DNA of 64,000 nt from Lepidodermella squamata (Eukaryota; Animalia; Gastrotricha): positions 930,001 to 994,000 of the forward strand of contig JBLDXI010000010.1 of NCBI GenBank assembly GCA_047495785.1, given 5' to 3'. The notes under the pieces were generated by a model. The model did no database searches. It was given only the letters and a program-made list of their open reading frames with translations, and was not told the DNA's origin. This document shows positions 12,501 to 23,911 of the stretch, in pieces; position 1 is the stretch's first letter; each line of letters begins with the position of its first letter. The position numbers and the translations under genes are program-made.

Positions 12501-13209
12501 TGTGAATATGTTTAGAGCGCATCGATGAAAACGATCAAAACGACGCCGAGTTGACAATCGACGATGCCACTGATGATGTGACGCGGAGCGAACGGTTCTT
12601 TTTCGTCGCTGGCAACATGTCCCAAAAAGCAGCCAGCGAAGCGTGTCGGCAATCCAATTCAGAAGCTGTTCTGGCAACCATCAAAAATCAGCGCGACCTT
12701 GAATATTTGTGCTCCGAGCTTGAAAGTAAGTATGATGTAACCTTGTTCAAGGTTTCAATTAAGGTTCCGAGCTAGGCTTGACCTATTGTATTTTTCAATT
12801 CAATTATTTGCGTTTATTGAAAATGTTTTCAGAGTTTAAATGGGTTCGTGGTTGGATCGGCCTGACTAAGGTGTACTTGGGTCGCCGGAAGAAATTTCAA
12901 ACCAACCGTCGAACAAACGGCCGTCGTTACTACAACGAAAATTCGATAGGAACTTGGGCTTGGTCCGATGGTACCACCACGAAAAAATTCAAAGCATGGC
13001 TACTCAACGAGCCTGCAGCTACCACCAATCACGCTGTGCTAAAGCGAGCTGATGAGGCGAGTTTTATTGGCCTAATTTTCAATTTTATTTTCAATTTTTG
13101 TTTATAGAACTGCGGATGGGCTGGTGCAGGTGCATCTCCTGGATCACGAAAATTCCCGATCGGAGGGGCAATTTGTGAAATTCTCGACCCGAGGACGCTT
13201 TATGATTAA
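9584..13209 (+). CDS. Secreted ankyrin-repeat protein with C-terminal C-type lectin domain (5 exons)
   Basis: Signal-like MENTPFTIFIVVILATNVAT; over a dozen ANK repeats (GTPLHIAA, GQNSLHLAV, GMSPLHLAI, GDTPLHRAV). Checked junctions 12171/12516 and 12725/12834 are phase-compatible and lead into a CTLD (ASEAC..LATIKNQ..WIGL..WAWSDG..W..NEP..AICE). Stop at 13207-13209; AATAAA near 13249. Confidence 0.82.
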
Positions 13210-13369
13210 TTAATCATCACCTTTTTTACTTTGTTGTGATCTGTTTTCAATAAAACCACGTGACCTAGTTTCAGACACTTTTGAAACTTTTTATTAAATC
13301 AGCCAAAAGGCGAGACATTTGATCTTAAAATGAATGTCCTTATCAAGAAAAATAATTATTCTCAGATTT

Positions 13370-16300
13370 TCACAGGTCCAAGTGAGATTTGCCGCAAATT
13401 TGGAACGGATTGAAGGGTAGTTCGTCGTCGGATTGCCCATGGTAGCCCAGCTTCGATCGGCAATAGCCGCCAGACGGCCATGACGCCGCGCATTTCGGGA
13501 AATGAGACGGCGCCTTGGGCCATCGCTTCGGTTCACCGACCAGGAAAGTCAGACCCATGCCGGCCTCGGTGTGGTACTCGATCGGAGCGTGGAGCAGCCA
13601 CGGACCAGGGTTGATGGCGAGGAATCGGAGAACGACGTAGCCGACGGCTGGCACGCCGACCGTGTCCTTGAGAGGGCCGTTGAAATTTCGTTTTATTTCG
13701 CCACGGGAGTCCATTCGTTTGAAATCTTCAATGCAAAAACCGCGACGGCTTGCTTTGCCCTGAAAAATGAAAAATTGAATTGTAGAGGAGAATTTTTCGA
13801 AATTAAAAAAATTATAAAATTATAAATTTTGGAATTTCATGAAATTAACAAAATTCTCACCTCAAAATTATCAAAAAAAGTTCGAGAAAAATTTGTAAAA
13901 AATTTATTAAATTTAAATTTCGATCAAATTGAAACTTCATCACGGCTAATATTTTCTCCGATAAATTTCCGATAAATTAAATTTGAAAATAATTTTGCTC
14001 ACCATCGCGATGACTTGGAAATGATATCCGTGTAGGTGCATGGCATAATTCATGCCTCGCGTGCTTTCATAGGCGCCACCATCGATCAGCGCCAATTCGA
14101 CAAGCGATCCAAGAGGAATTTGCTCGGCGTGTATGCATTCACAGTACTCGTTCGCATCGCAAAGTCGGTGACGGGCATTGCAAAGCAATTTCGTCGGAAT
14201 TTCATCCCATTGCCTAAGAAATAAAAAATGATTTTATTTAATGAAATTTTTTTATCAGGAAATCTTACGTGAGCAACGGAACAGGCGGTTGGAGATTTGT
14301 GATACCGTTGAGGCGTTGGGTGACAAATTTATTAGGGTAGGCATCAGCACAGCCGGGTACGTCATTTTTCCAGTATTCGAACGATTTGAAATCCTGGAAA
14401 GAAATAGATAAAATAAATTTAAATTTAAATTGTCGACTCACAAGTTCAATAGCTAGTCTGATGTCCGGCTTGCCGTCCAGACCTTGACATGATTCATTTC
14501 GAGCGGTTGTCAGCTGAGCTACGTTCAGACCAGCCTTGCGAGGCCTAACCGGGTCATAATCATTGAACGACCAGTAGTTCACCTCGTCCAGGCACGTTCG
14601 GGTTTGCTCCATCGAAGCCTCCCAGGCGGTTTTCGCTCGCAGATTTTGCCGATCGCTATAAATTATCCTAGCAAAAGCGGTAGCGGGTGTTGTCCTTTCA
14701 CCTGTACAACACACAAAAATTAAATTAATTTTTCTCAATTCTAATTATTTTTTCGTGAATTTTACAAATTTTTCCTGAATTTTCTTCATTATATTTTATT
14801 TTTTTATGGCAAATTTAAAAGGTGTAAATTAGCCACTCATCTTCGAATATTTTCGTGTCAGAAATTGGGTCAGGTCAGCAATTTAATCTAGGTCACGCAG
14901 TCTGGGTCACTGCGCAACGTGAAATTAGGCCTCACCTAAAGCTTCAGCATTCAGCAAATAAACGCCATCACGATTGACCGATCGACCGGTAAAATAGGGA
15001 ATCACATCGAACCGCTCGCCCGGCATTAGGGTGATTGATTTCGTCGCAACAGGCGCAATTGGCACGCCATCGGCTGCGATGACTAGCAACTCGTGGTTTT
15101 CGATCGAAACTCGAATCGGGGTCAACCAGAACGCATTGCTAATCAGTCGAAATCTGTATCTCAGATCGGCGTCGAGTTCGTAATCAAAAGGCGGTAGTCG
15201 AGCTGGTAAAGTTGGCAAATCTCTGTTCCCTCGATCTTCCCTCGCGTTGCTCGATGGCGAAATTCCGTTGATTAGCAAATGAGTTGGAATGTTGTCAGCT
15301 CGCCCGAATTGGGAGTTGGCGAATCGATTGAGACCGGTGTCGGTTGGGAACCAGTCTTGAATCATGACCGGGTCGAGGCCGTCTTTGTCGTAGAGTTTCC
15401 GATGAGGATCTCGAGCTTCGCGGACGATGAATGGCCCAGCTACGCCTTCAGCACGTTGAATACCGGTCTCACTGTGCCAGAAATATGTACCTATTAGACG
15501 AAAATTCGATAAATTAAAAAAATTCAATTTAATAAATCGATATGATGGATTAAAACTCCTGAGCATTTATCTCATCCCATTTTTTTACCCGACTTTAAAT
15601 GACCAAAACTATAAAATTCGATTTACACCCTTTCGAGATAAGTTTGAAAATTAAATTCAAAATTCTTCAACTTGAATTTGAATGAAAAATTAGGAAAACT
15701 ATGCAATTTTAAATTTTTTTAAATTTTAAATTTCAGTCGAGCTGTTAAGTATCGGCTATATTATATGGGAATTTATTATAATTTTTCATTAGCGTCGCCA
15801 TTGAATTTTGTTTCCTGAAGTTCTTGAAGCCCGAAACAATGAGAAGAAATTGGAATTTACTTACCAGCTTGATCTGCCACGAATTCGTAGGTGAAATTAT
15901 GCATCGAGTTGATCGGGCACTGTGACCAGTAAGGCGTACCGTCCATGTATGCCTTGAATTATAACAAAATACGTACAGAATACGGTAATCTTGAATTCGC
16001 GAATTAACCTCTAAATTGGCATTTTTTATTTCTTGATAATTTAACTTCGCGAGGATGACCCTCGGGTAATATTCGCAATTGGCCATTTTTTTATTTTTGC
16101 GAATCTTTGAAAACATAAAATTACCGTGAAGGTACTTCCAACAAATTCTTGAGAAAATTTGGAGACAATTCGGAAATCGATCAAATTTATTCTACATTTT
16201 TTTCAATTTTTCAATAAATTGAGGAAAAATTAAAAAAATTAATATTAATCAAAATATGAAATTAAGTTGTTAGCAGAAACAAACTCGGCATTGAATTCAT

Positions 16301-16967
16301 TTTTTAAATTCTTAAAATAAAATAAAATCATGTTTGTTACAAAATTTAGAATAATTTAAAATTTGCGAACTGATGCTGCGAACCCAGTTCGACGACATTA
16401 TAAAATCCCAAAAATTATTACCATTTTGTTAGGATGAACTCCATGCCAGTGGATGCCGAGTGCCTCGCCATTCATCATCATGTTGACAACCTTGACCCGA
16501 ACCCTGTCGTGCTGGCACACCTCAATCGATGGCCCAGGCAGTTGTTGATTAGCCACCAAAACCGCTCGTTGCGAACCCGAGCCCAGGACACAGCCTTCAT
16601 TACGGCAGTCCTCAAATTTATTCGGACACATGTCGCAAGCTCGGTTCATTGTCGTAAACAGAGAAATGTGCAGTAGGTAGTCACAGGTCATCGGATCGGC
16701 GTCTAGCCGGCATTTGCGACGGCACGGGTGCTTCGAGTAGTCGCGGTAGAGCCCCAAATGCCGGCCGAGGGTTCGGGACGGATCACGCGGCCGCGACGTT
16801 TGAACTGTCACGTTGCCATCTTCAATGATCAGCTCAACGCCTTCATCGTCTCCAGATCCTAGTGGGATTTCAGCTGGGCTAGGGGTAGCATTTTCTTGAG
16901 CCGAAATTCGGCAGAGCAGCGATAGGGCAGAAAGGAAACCAGCTAGAGCAATTAGCTTTCTAGCCAT
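13370..16967 (-). CDS. Multicopper oxidase (laccase-like) related protein with degenerate copper sites
   Basis: Signal peptide; invertebrate laccase-type Cys-rich N-terminus (HPCRRKC..CDY..CDMCP); NQQLPGPSIEVC; GIHWHG; a small exon at ~15865-15953 (AYMDGTPYWSQCPI); GTYFWHSE; GERFDV; MHLHGY; KDTVGVP..GYVVLRFLAINPGPWLLH. Confidence 0.9.
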
Positions 16968-18960
16968 GGTAACAAATAATTTGAAAGAAATTGATGAACA
17001 AATATTGTTTGATTAAGCGGGTTTAAAAAGGTGACTCATTGCCATCTGGAAAACGTGTGCGGTCACTTACATGAACGCGTGTTTTAGTTGTTTTTCCTGC
17101 GACGGGCGAAATAGGTTCCGTGATATTATTAACCCGATCTAATTGAGGACAATCTCCTAGACGGAGTGAAAAAATATAATGAAGTTATCAGTTGATGGGA
17201 AAAACGGGAAAATAACGGGCGAAATTTAAAATTAAGGTAATTTGAGGCATTTTTTCGAAATGGCCAAGAATTATAGCCAATTTTGCTATAATCGATTTTT
17301 CTCGTTTAAATCAACCCAAATTTAATTCGCGGAATTGATTTTTCAGTACAGCGTGTCCCAGAAGTGGCGCGACTATTTTTTAATTTGGCATCTTTTTGTA
17401 AACAATTCAAATTAATTTTCTTTAATTAAATCTACCAAGGGAATAGCTAATCTTTTATCCGCGATTTAGCTGAGGAAATAACAAATTTACCGGAGAAAAC
17501 CCGGAATACCCAGATGGTAACTGGATCGGTAATATTCGGCATTTTACGCAGTTGGTCCAAATTTATCTGGTTTTTTTTTATCCACTTGACAAGTGACATG
17601 ATTGATTACTGTTCTCGTTATATTTTTAATTTTCCTGATTTTTTTCTGGCCATGAGATGTATAACTTCGTCTCTCATTTTAGAGTTTCTGAACCATTTTC
17701 CGTATATTTTCTTTGCTGGTGCTACTTATGTGACACGCTGCATTGGGTCATTGTCTTCAAAACCGTCTGATGAATCATCGAGGTGCTCACCAAAAATATT
17801 GGCCTCCTGTTGTGAACTGAATCTTGTTCAGCACCGTCGAAAACGTCTGGAAGTCAATCTACCGAAATTTCTTTCCTGTAGGTAGTTCTGAAATAATTCT
17901 ATTAACAAATGTCCCGGCTTCGGGTCACGATTTCTCTCACAATTGATAATCTTCCACCCGCTTTTTCGCACGAGACAATCCGCTGGTTCTTGATGGGTAA
18001 TTTTACTAAATTCTCGTTGTACCAGCCCACCTGGTTGCCCAGTAAGTCGATTTGACCTGGTTTCGGACAAACTAAATTAAATCAAAGTTACGCTTTTCAA
18101 TTTTCGACGATTATAGCTCACCGTCGTCTTCATTTGCACAATTTGATCAGATGGAAAGTTAATGGGATTGAGATTCGCGAAATTATGCCTTTTCTACGAC
18201 CAAAATCAGCCAATATCTGCGCACAAAGCGTGACAAAAATACGACTCATTTTTCACTATTCAATTTTTTCAATGTATTTTCAATGCGATTTTTTAAGAAA
18301 AATTAATAAGTTGCTCGAATAATGCAAATAGAAATAATGAAAGTGAAACAGTATAGTCAGGATTGTACGGGCTATCCTAGATCCCAGCGCTTCTCAACAC
18401 TTAACCCTTGGCGACCCTAAAATCAAAATCCCGAACAAGCTGCGAACCCTATACCAATTTTTTCATTGTTTATCGTCTCTTGGAGTAGTAGTACAGATTC
18501 CCCAAATTCTAAAATTCTGCGGCGTCATAGTTATGAAATATTACCACATTTAAATCACTTTTTCTCATCATCTCTTGAATTAGGCTCTTGACCGCATTTT
18601 CTACATAACATTGGAGCGACTGTTTAGGTATTGTTCTGAAATTTCATAAGCTGGTAGAAACCGGTGGAATATCCGAAATTTAGAAATAGATTTATCGCTT
18701 ACCTTGGCGATACTCACAGGAAAATTATAGCTACAACTAAATTTATTTTTATGAAAAATAAGAGATCGAACTTTTTTGTGAGCGCAGAACACATTGGAAT
18801 GTTTATTTGCACCAATGTTGACTGCTAAGCATTATCAGTAAACGAGAAGAAAAAAATCGAAAAATAATTTGCATCCTGTCATTCCATAAAGCAAAATCAG
18901 ATCAAGAATAATTACGAAGTTCCAAATAGAGAGTTGAGTGATGGCAGCTGGTACATCAGC

Positions 18961-19586
18961 CTACATGCCCTCGTAGCATTTGAAAGGATCCGAGAACGGC
19001 GGTGTCGCATCCGAAACCTGGTAAATAGCAGAGGTTAACAAAGAATTCGATGCCAAAAGGTGACGACCTCAGTCGCTTTGCATCCGAAATCTGCACGTCG
19101 GCATTCAGCGAACGGCTTGCCTGGCGAGTTGCGGTAACAGCGTATGTATTTCTGTTCATAACAATTCATCAACGATATTATCAGAATTTCATAGCAATCG
19201 AGACGTACCCAATTGAGATCAGCTCGATGATTACACGCCAGCAAATTACGGCCGAAGAAGGCGTAATTGTTGAACATCTAAAGTGGGAGATCACAGAATT
19301 TATGCCAAATTTTCCGAATTTTTCGAAAACTCACGGTTTTTTGCTCACCGGCGGCACAGCCTTGGTCGCCAGCGATGCAGCGGAAAGTCGAGCCTTTGCT
19401 GCATTTCTTTGCGTTCTGCGAAACAAAAAGTGCTAATTTGGCAAGATTAGAGTTTCAACTTACGCCTTTGCTACAGGAGGAGTCCATGAAACGAGATGTC
19501 CACTCCTTGAAAGGAGTTTCGCCGGCCAAGCAGTACCGCCTGCACGCTTCGAACTGGCCAGTTACCGAATTGATGCAACGGGCAGC
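18961..19586 (-). CDS. Five short Cys-rich exons (3' end of an unannotated gene, possibly the tail of the astacin-like gene)
   Basis: Spliced by eye through four ~40-65 nt GT-AG introns, all in frame: QLAARCINSVTGQFEACRRYCLAG..SSCSKG / NAKKCSKGSTFRCIAGDQGCAAGEQKT / MFNNYAFFGRNLLACNHRADLNW / KYIRCYRNSPGKPFAECRRADFGCKATE / VSDATPPFSDPFKCYEGM*. The upstream connection is unresolved. Confidence 0.6.
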
Positions 19587-19666
19587 GAGTTGAGCTATCG
19601 ATAACAAATCGACAATAAAATTGTTTTAATTATCAGATAGAGTTCAGCCGAGATTAAGCTTGACGG

Positions 19667-19831
19667 CAGTGTGCGAAGTAGGATCCGGGAGCTGAGGTGT
19701 TTTCTACTTGTTTTCTAGGACCCAGCCGAAGAAACCAAAGGGCCCCCTTGTGGTTCTTTCAGCCTTCCTCTGATTGGAGTCCCGGAGCTGGGGTGTTGCG
19801 ACATCCCAGCACCCATGTACTTCGCACCCTG
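19667..19831 (+). mobile_element. hAT-like MITE, complete, 165 bp
   Basis: TIRs CAGTGTGCGAAGTA / TACTTCGCACCCTG (13/14 match); flanking 8-mers CTTGACGG / CTCGACGG (7/8, target-site duplication). Confidence 0.8.
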
Positions 19832-20257
19832 CTCGACGGATTCAGTTGTTAATGCGTCATTCACTCGATCGAGCTGGATGCACATTTTGGATTTGGCTGG
19901 AGCCCTGGATCCCAAGCTGACCACAAATTGGAGTCGGCATCGAGGAATTCGATTTTCATATGTTGACCATCGGCAATTTTTCACCAAAGTGAACAACTAA
20001 ATTCAGATTGGAATTCCTCGAATTCGACTCTAATTTTTTGTCAACCTGGGATTCCAAGGCCTTTCAAAAATTAGGATGAATGTCAAAATTACACTTATGC
20101 TATGTGTGACATCATATATACGACATATACTTACACAGGTGATATATGGAAACAAAAGGCCCAGAAAAGGCTGTAATAATAGGAAAGCCCTTTTTTCGAT
20201 ACACACTCTCAAATAAGGAGTTGGTTTTGTTGGAAATTTATTAGCGTCATCAGTAAT

Positions 20258-20389
20258 CAGTGGATGAAGTAGGATCCTCGAGGTTGGGGAACGCTTGGGT
20301 ATTCTCAGTTTTCAGCCCCCTGGAAAAAGGTCCCTCCGATAGTAACCCCGTACCCCTCCCTCTCTCTCCCTCCCGTACTTCGCACACTA
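20258..20389 (+). mobile_element. hAT-like MITE, same family
   Basis: CAGTGGATGAAGTAGGATCCTCGAG ... TACTTCGCACACTA; TSD not recognisable. Confidence 0.65.
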
Positions 20390-20409
20390 AGCGCAATATT
20401 TAAAATTGA

Positions 20410-23400
20410 CCTACTGCAGCTTTTAATTTTGTCCGCATTTTCGCATGCGACTAGTCTATCGTCACTCCAGCATTTCAAAGAGGGGAGGGAATTATATAGA
20501 AGATTCAACGAGCGGCACGCATTTCCAGACGCATCGAAATCGCCCCTTGGAATATAATTGTAATTCAGACGCAGAATGTCGGACCAGCGCGAACAAGTTG
20601 CACCAACTGAGGTCTTAGTCAGCAGCGATCCTTCGTAGTCGAACGCGATTGGCGTGATTCGGCATTCCTTGCTCAACTCGGTTGCTTTAACACCAGGGCA
20701 AGTCGCGAAAACCGTCACTGTGGCTAATGAGCGAATTTCTGCTTGATAGACAATGCTCGAGTAAACCAAGGCCTGATTTTTGTTGGTCACAAAAACTCGT
20801 CCATTTATAGGAGTGTTATCGCAAAATCTAAGAGTAGGAACTTGAGAGAGAAATATAAACTTGATTCGTTTAACTTACATAAATCCGGGAACTCTGCTCT
20901 CGGTCCCCAAGCCTCTTATTAAGAAGTAGTTCATGCAATAGAGACTCACTAAAAATGAAACCTAGTTGGATGAATATTGTCGATTAGACAGATTATTAGC
21001 CTACGCATGGTCTTGAGTCTTGTCGGGGTCGGGAAAGCAAAAACCAACCCACTTGCATCGCCCTGAAAGAGGAAACAAATAATCACATGCAGAAGGATAA
21101 CTATTTTGGAAACCGTTTTCACGCGCCATGAACATTGAGTTGAATAATTTGCGCCAAAAAGTACGTTGCTGTATGGACTGGTACGATTTGCTGGGTCGTA
21201 TGGGGTATTACTAATGTTAACGCTAGAGCAGGGTTCAACGTAGACTTCACCGCCGCAGCCATTGGCTATATCTGTGGGGTATGGGATTTCGCAAAAATCG
21301 CCACCGAGGCCAACCGGGCAGTAGCATTTCGTACAGTTCACGCTCGGATTGGGGTAGCCGCCATTTTGGCATGTTATCGTTGGGTTCTTGCACGGAACTG
21401 AATCTGAAAAAGAAAATTTTGGAGAAATTAGTCTTTACTTCCCAGCGCAGCGCCCACGAGGTGTATACAAGCGTTTTTAATTTTAATTTTTAATAGCAGG
21501 CAAATGTTTCGAGCTGCATTGAAAAATCATGGCTTCTGGCGAAAGGACAAATCGCTGACTATTAATTCCGGAAAGATTGGAATTGATTGGACAAGCCTGA
21601 GTTCGATATCGCGCGCCACCTTGCTAATTCAATCACTAATCAAACAAGACCTAAACTATTTCTTTTCATTGTTTTATTTTTTTTTCAAGTTGAATGATTG
21701 ATATAGTCAGGGCGGATTGATTAAGATCGTTGAAACTCCTGCGATTTTGAATGAAAACATGAATCATGAATAAATTAGCATATGGGTTGATAATAACCGG
21801 CTAATAACCGAGCGAAGCGAGAAAATTTTGGAAATTTTCTACTAAAACACACCCCAGAACCTTCCAAAATTAACAAAACAGTGGAATAAATTCTCACTTT
21901 GTTGTCTGACCCGGCCGAGCTGGGGAGATGACCCCCCCCCCCCCTCAGACTAAAATTTCCCCCCTCATTCCCCCTGAAAGTCGCACACTCGCCGTGGGCG
22001 TTGGGGGGTTAACTTACCATAACAGTTGTAGAGCGTGTTTAACTTCACCATGTCGAACAGTGACATGTGTCCACTCTGTCCTAAGCTTGGTATATACTGC
22101 CGATTGGACGGGTACAAATCGCCAATGTTGAGCATGCCTTTCCCATCCAACATGGGATTGAACAGTGACTCGTAATCAAAAGGAGTCGCGTTGTAGTAGG
22201 TTTGAGCCGAATTAATCGGAAAGCTATAAAGAAATTGAAGAAATTGAAGATTAACAAGTGAAACGTGGGCTTGGGCGTATTTTCTCTACTACCCAGCAAA
22301 TGGCAAAAAGCGTCTTGACTTGAAGAGGGACGATTCCTAGATTTCTAGATTAATTTACTCAGACTTTCTTGAGGATTTTGAATTTTGAAAATTCAGACCC
22401 CGAAGAGGCTCCCATATAACTCAACAGACGAGAGACCCCTAACTGTCTCTGCCTCAAGTTGCAAATTATGCATAAAAACCACTAAAAATCAAACAAAGAT
22501 CGTGAAACTTAGGAAAGCTAAGAGTACATGCGCGCAAAAATGGCCTTTTAGTCCTGTCCGCTGAGGCCGTTTCAATGGTGCCTCGGAATATAGGGGATCG
22601 CCTAAGGCGGACAGCGCGCTAATAATTTTCCGCCACCTATGGTGTCCAGATCAGCTTTTATTGTATTCATACGCTTGACACCAGGGATGTAGCAAACCTG
22701 TTTTCCGAACCAGGTGAGGCAATAAGATATTGATCGCGATCAGGTCGCCTGAGCTCGTACGTTAGCCCAAGAACGTAGCCAATTTGTCTAATCGCGAATT
22801 GGACCTGTTTCAAACTCAATGTATTTGATGTTTAAGATATTTTTCTGAAACTAACCCCAAGGTTATCAAAGAAGTCGCCGAATTTATCACTGAGGCCAAC
22901 AAACTTTTGAGGATAATCGACGCCATGTCCACCGGCGTAAGCATTATCGCTAAAGATACAACACGATACAACATGGTAAAACATTATCAAGCAGGAACGC
23001 TGTTACCATAGACATAATTTAGGATAGACTGCTTACTCACGAGAAAAAAGGTGCTACGCCATGGGCGCCAGTTGGTCAGCTGATTCATCAGCGCTCGGAG
23101 GAAAAGTAAACAAAATATTCGATTTGTTTTTACTGGTTCCGTGACGGTTTCGATTTTCCCAAGGATTTCGTTGATGGATCCGGACAGAAGAAATCAAGAG
23201 GAACACGCTGGTTATTTTTTCGAAATTTTTGGAGGAATCTTGACTGGTTTCGTCAGTCAAAAACGTCGTCATCTATTAAGTTGAAATTGAAGCAGTTTTT
23301 AAATAGTCCAGGTAGCGGCTTTAAATAGTCTCGGAACCGGCTAAAAACCAATCGAATAATGCGTTTACTCTAACTCCAAGCGCTGATGAATCAGTGCCCA

Positions 23401-23911
23401 TGGCGTAGCACTCTTTTTCTCGTGAGTAAGAAGTCTATCCTAAATTATTTCTATGGCAGTTACTCACTCTAATTTTAGAAATAAAATCGAGTTGGATGTA
23501 TTCAGGTTGATAGGCGGCCTTTCCTCGAACCGCAAGCATGTGACTGATTCAAGTTTAGCTATGGCTTGCTTGACAACGCCCATTCCATACTCAGCTGTGA
23601 TGTAAATAAACAAAAATTCGGCAAGGAACATTTATCGGTCCTGTTAACTCACACAAAGTATTATTTTCTTGATAAGAATTGGTCCAAGTATTGGTGTTGA
23701 AAGCGTAAGGTATAGGTAGCGGCCACGGTTTCGCTGGTGGTTGACCGGGATTGAAGCCATCAGTAGAAGCCATGTACATAGTCATGGTTATCGGGCTGAC
23801 TGCTGGGTCAGCGTTGTTAAATATATACTCTAAGGCTATTTCCCCGCCTGAGGATAAGCGGAGAAACAGCGAGAACGCCAACACTAGCAGAGAGCCAACA
23901 CCCGTCACCAT
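20410..23911 (-). CDS. Astacin-family (M12A) pseudo-protease with EGF, CUB and kringle-like domains, multi-exon; 3' end uncertain
   Basis: Signal peptide; WPLPIPYAF; QAIAKLESVTCLRFEER; RQIGYVLGLTYELRRPDRDQYL (astacin E.xRPDRD); PFDYES; LGQ..MSLFDMVKLNTLYNC; EGF CQNGGYPNP..CTKCYCPVGLGGDFCE; CUB GCGG..QCSWRV; kringle-like YEG..TKTSVGATCSRWS..NACRS..KCW. Confidence 0.82.
23007..23455. mobile_element. MITE with ~135 bp imperfect TIRs and 8-bp TSD, P-superfamily-like termini, inside an intron
   Basis: CATAGACATAATTTAGGATAGACTGCTTACTCACGAGAAAAA... versus ...TTTTTCTCGTGAGTAAGAAGTCTATCCTAAATTATTTCTATG; flanks GCTGTTAC / GCAGTTAC (7/8). Confidence 0.85.

Noticed and set aside
17348-17370. Tc1/mariner-like TIR start TACAGCGTGTCCCAG, with a possible decayed ORF at 17500-18130
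   Set aside because: No matching second TIR or recognisable DDE motif found.
18385-18450. Charlie/hAT-like terminus CAGCGCTTCTCAAC
   Set aside because: Solo end only; too little evidence to delimit an element.
19975-19990. Selenocysteine reading of an in-frame TGA
   Set aside because: No SECIS identified, the exon itself is unconfirmed, and there is no selenoprotein homology.
23380-23460. Hammerhead ribozyme suggested by CTGATGA
   Set aside because: No suitably placed GAAA or stems; the sequence is one arm of a MITE TIR.
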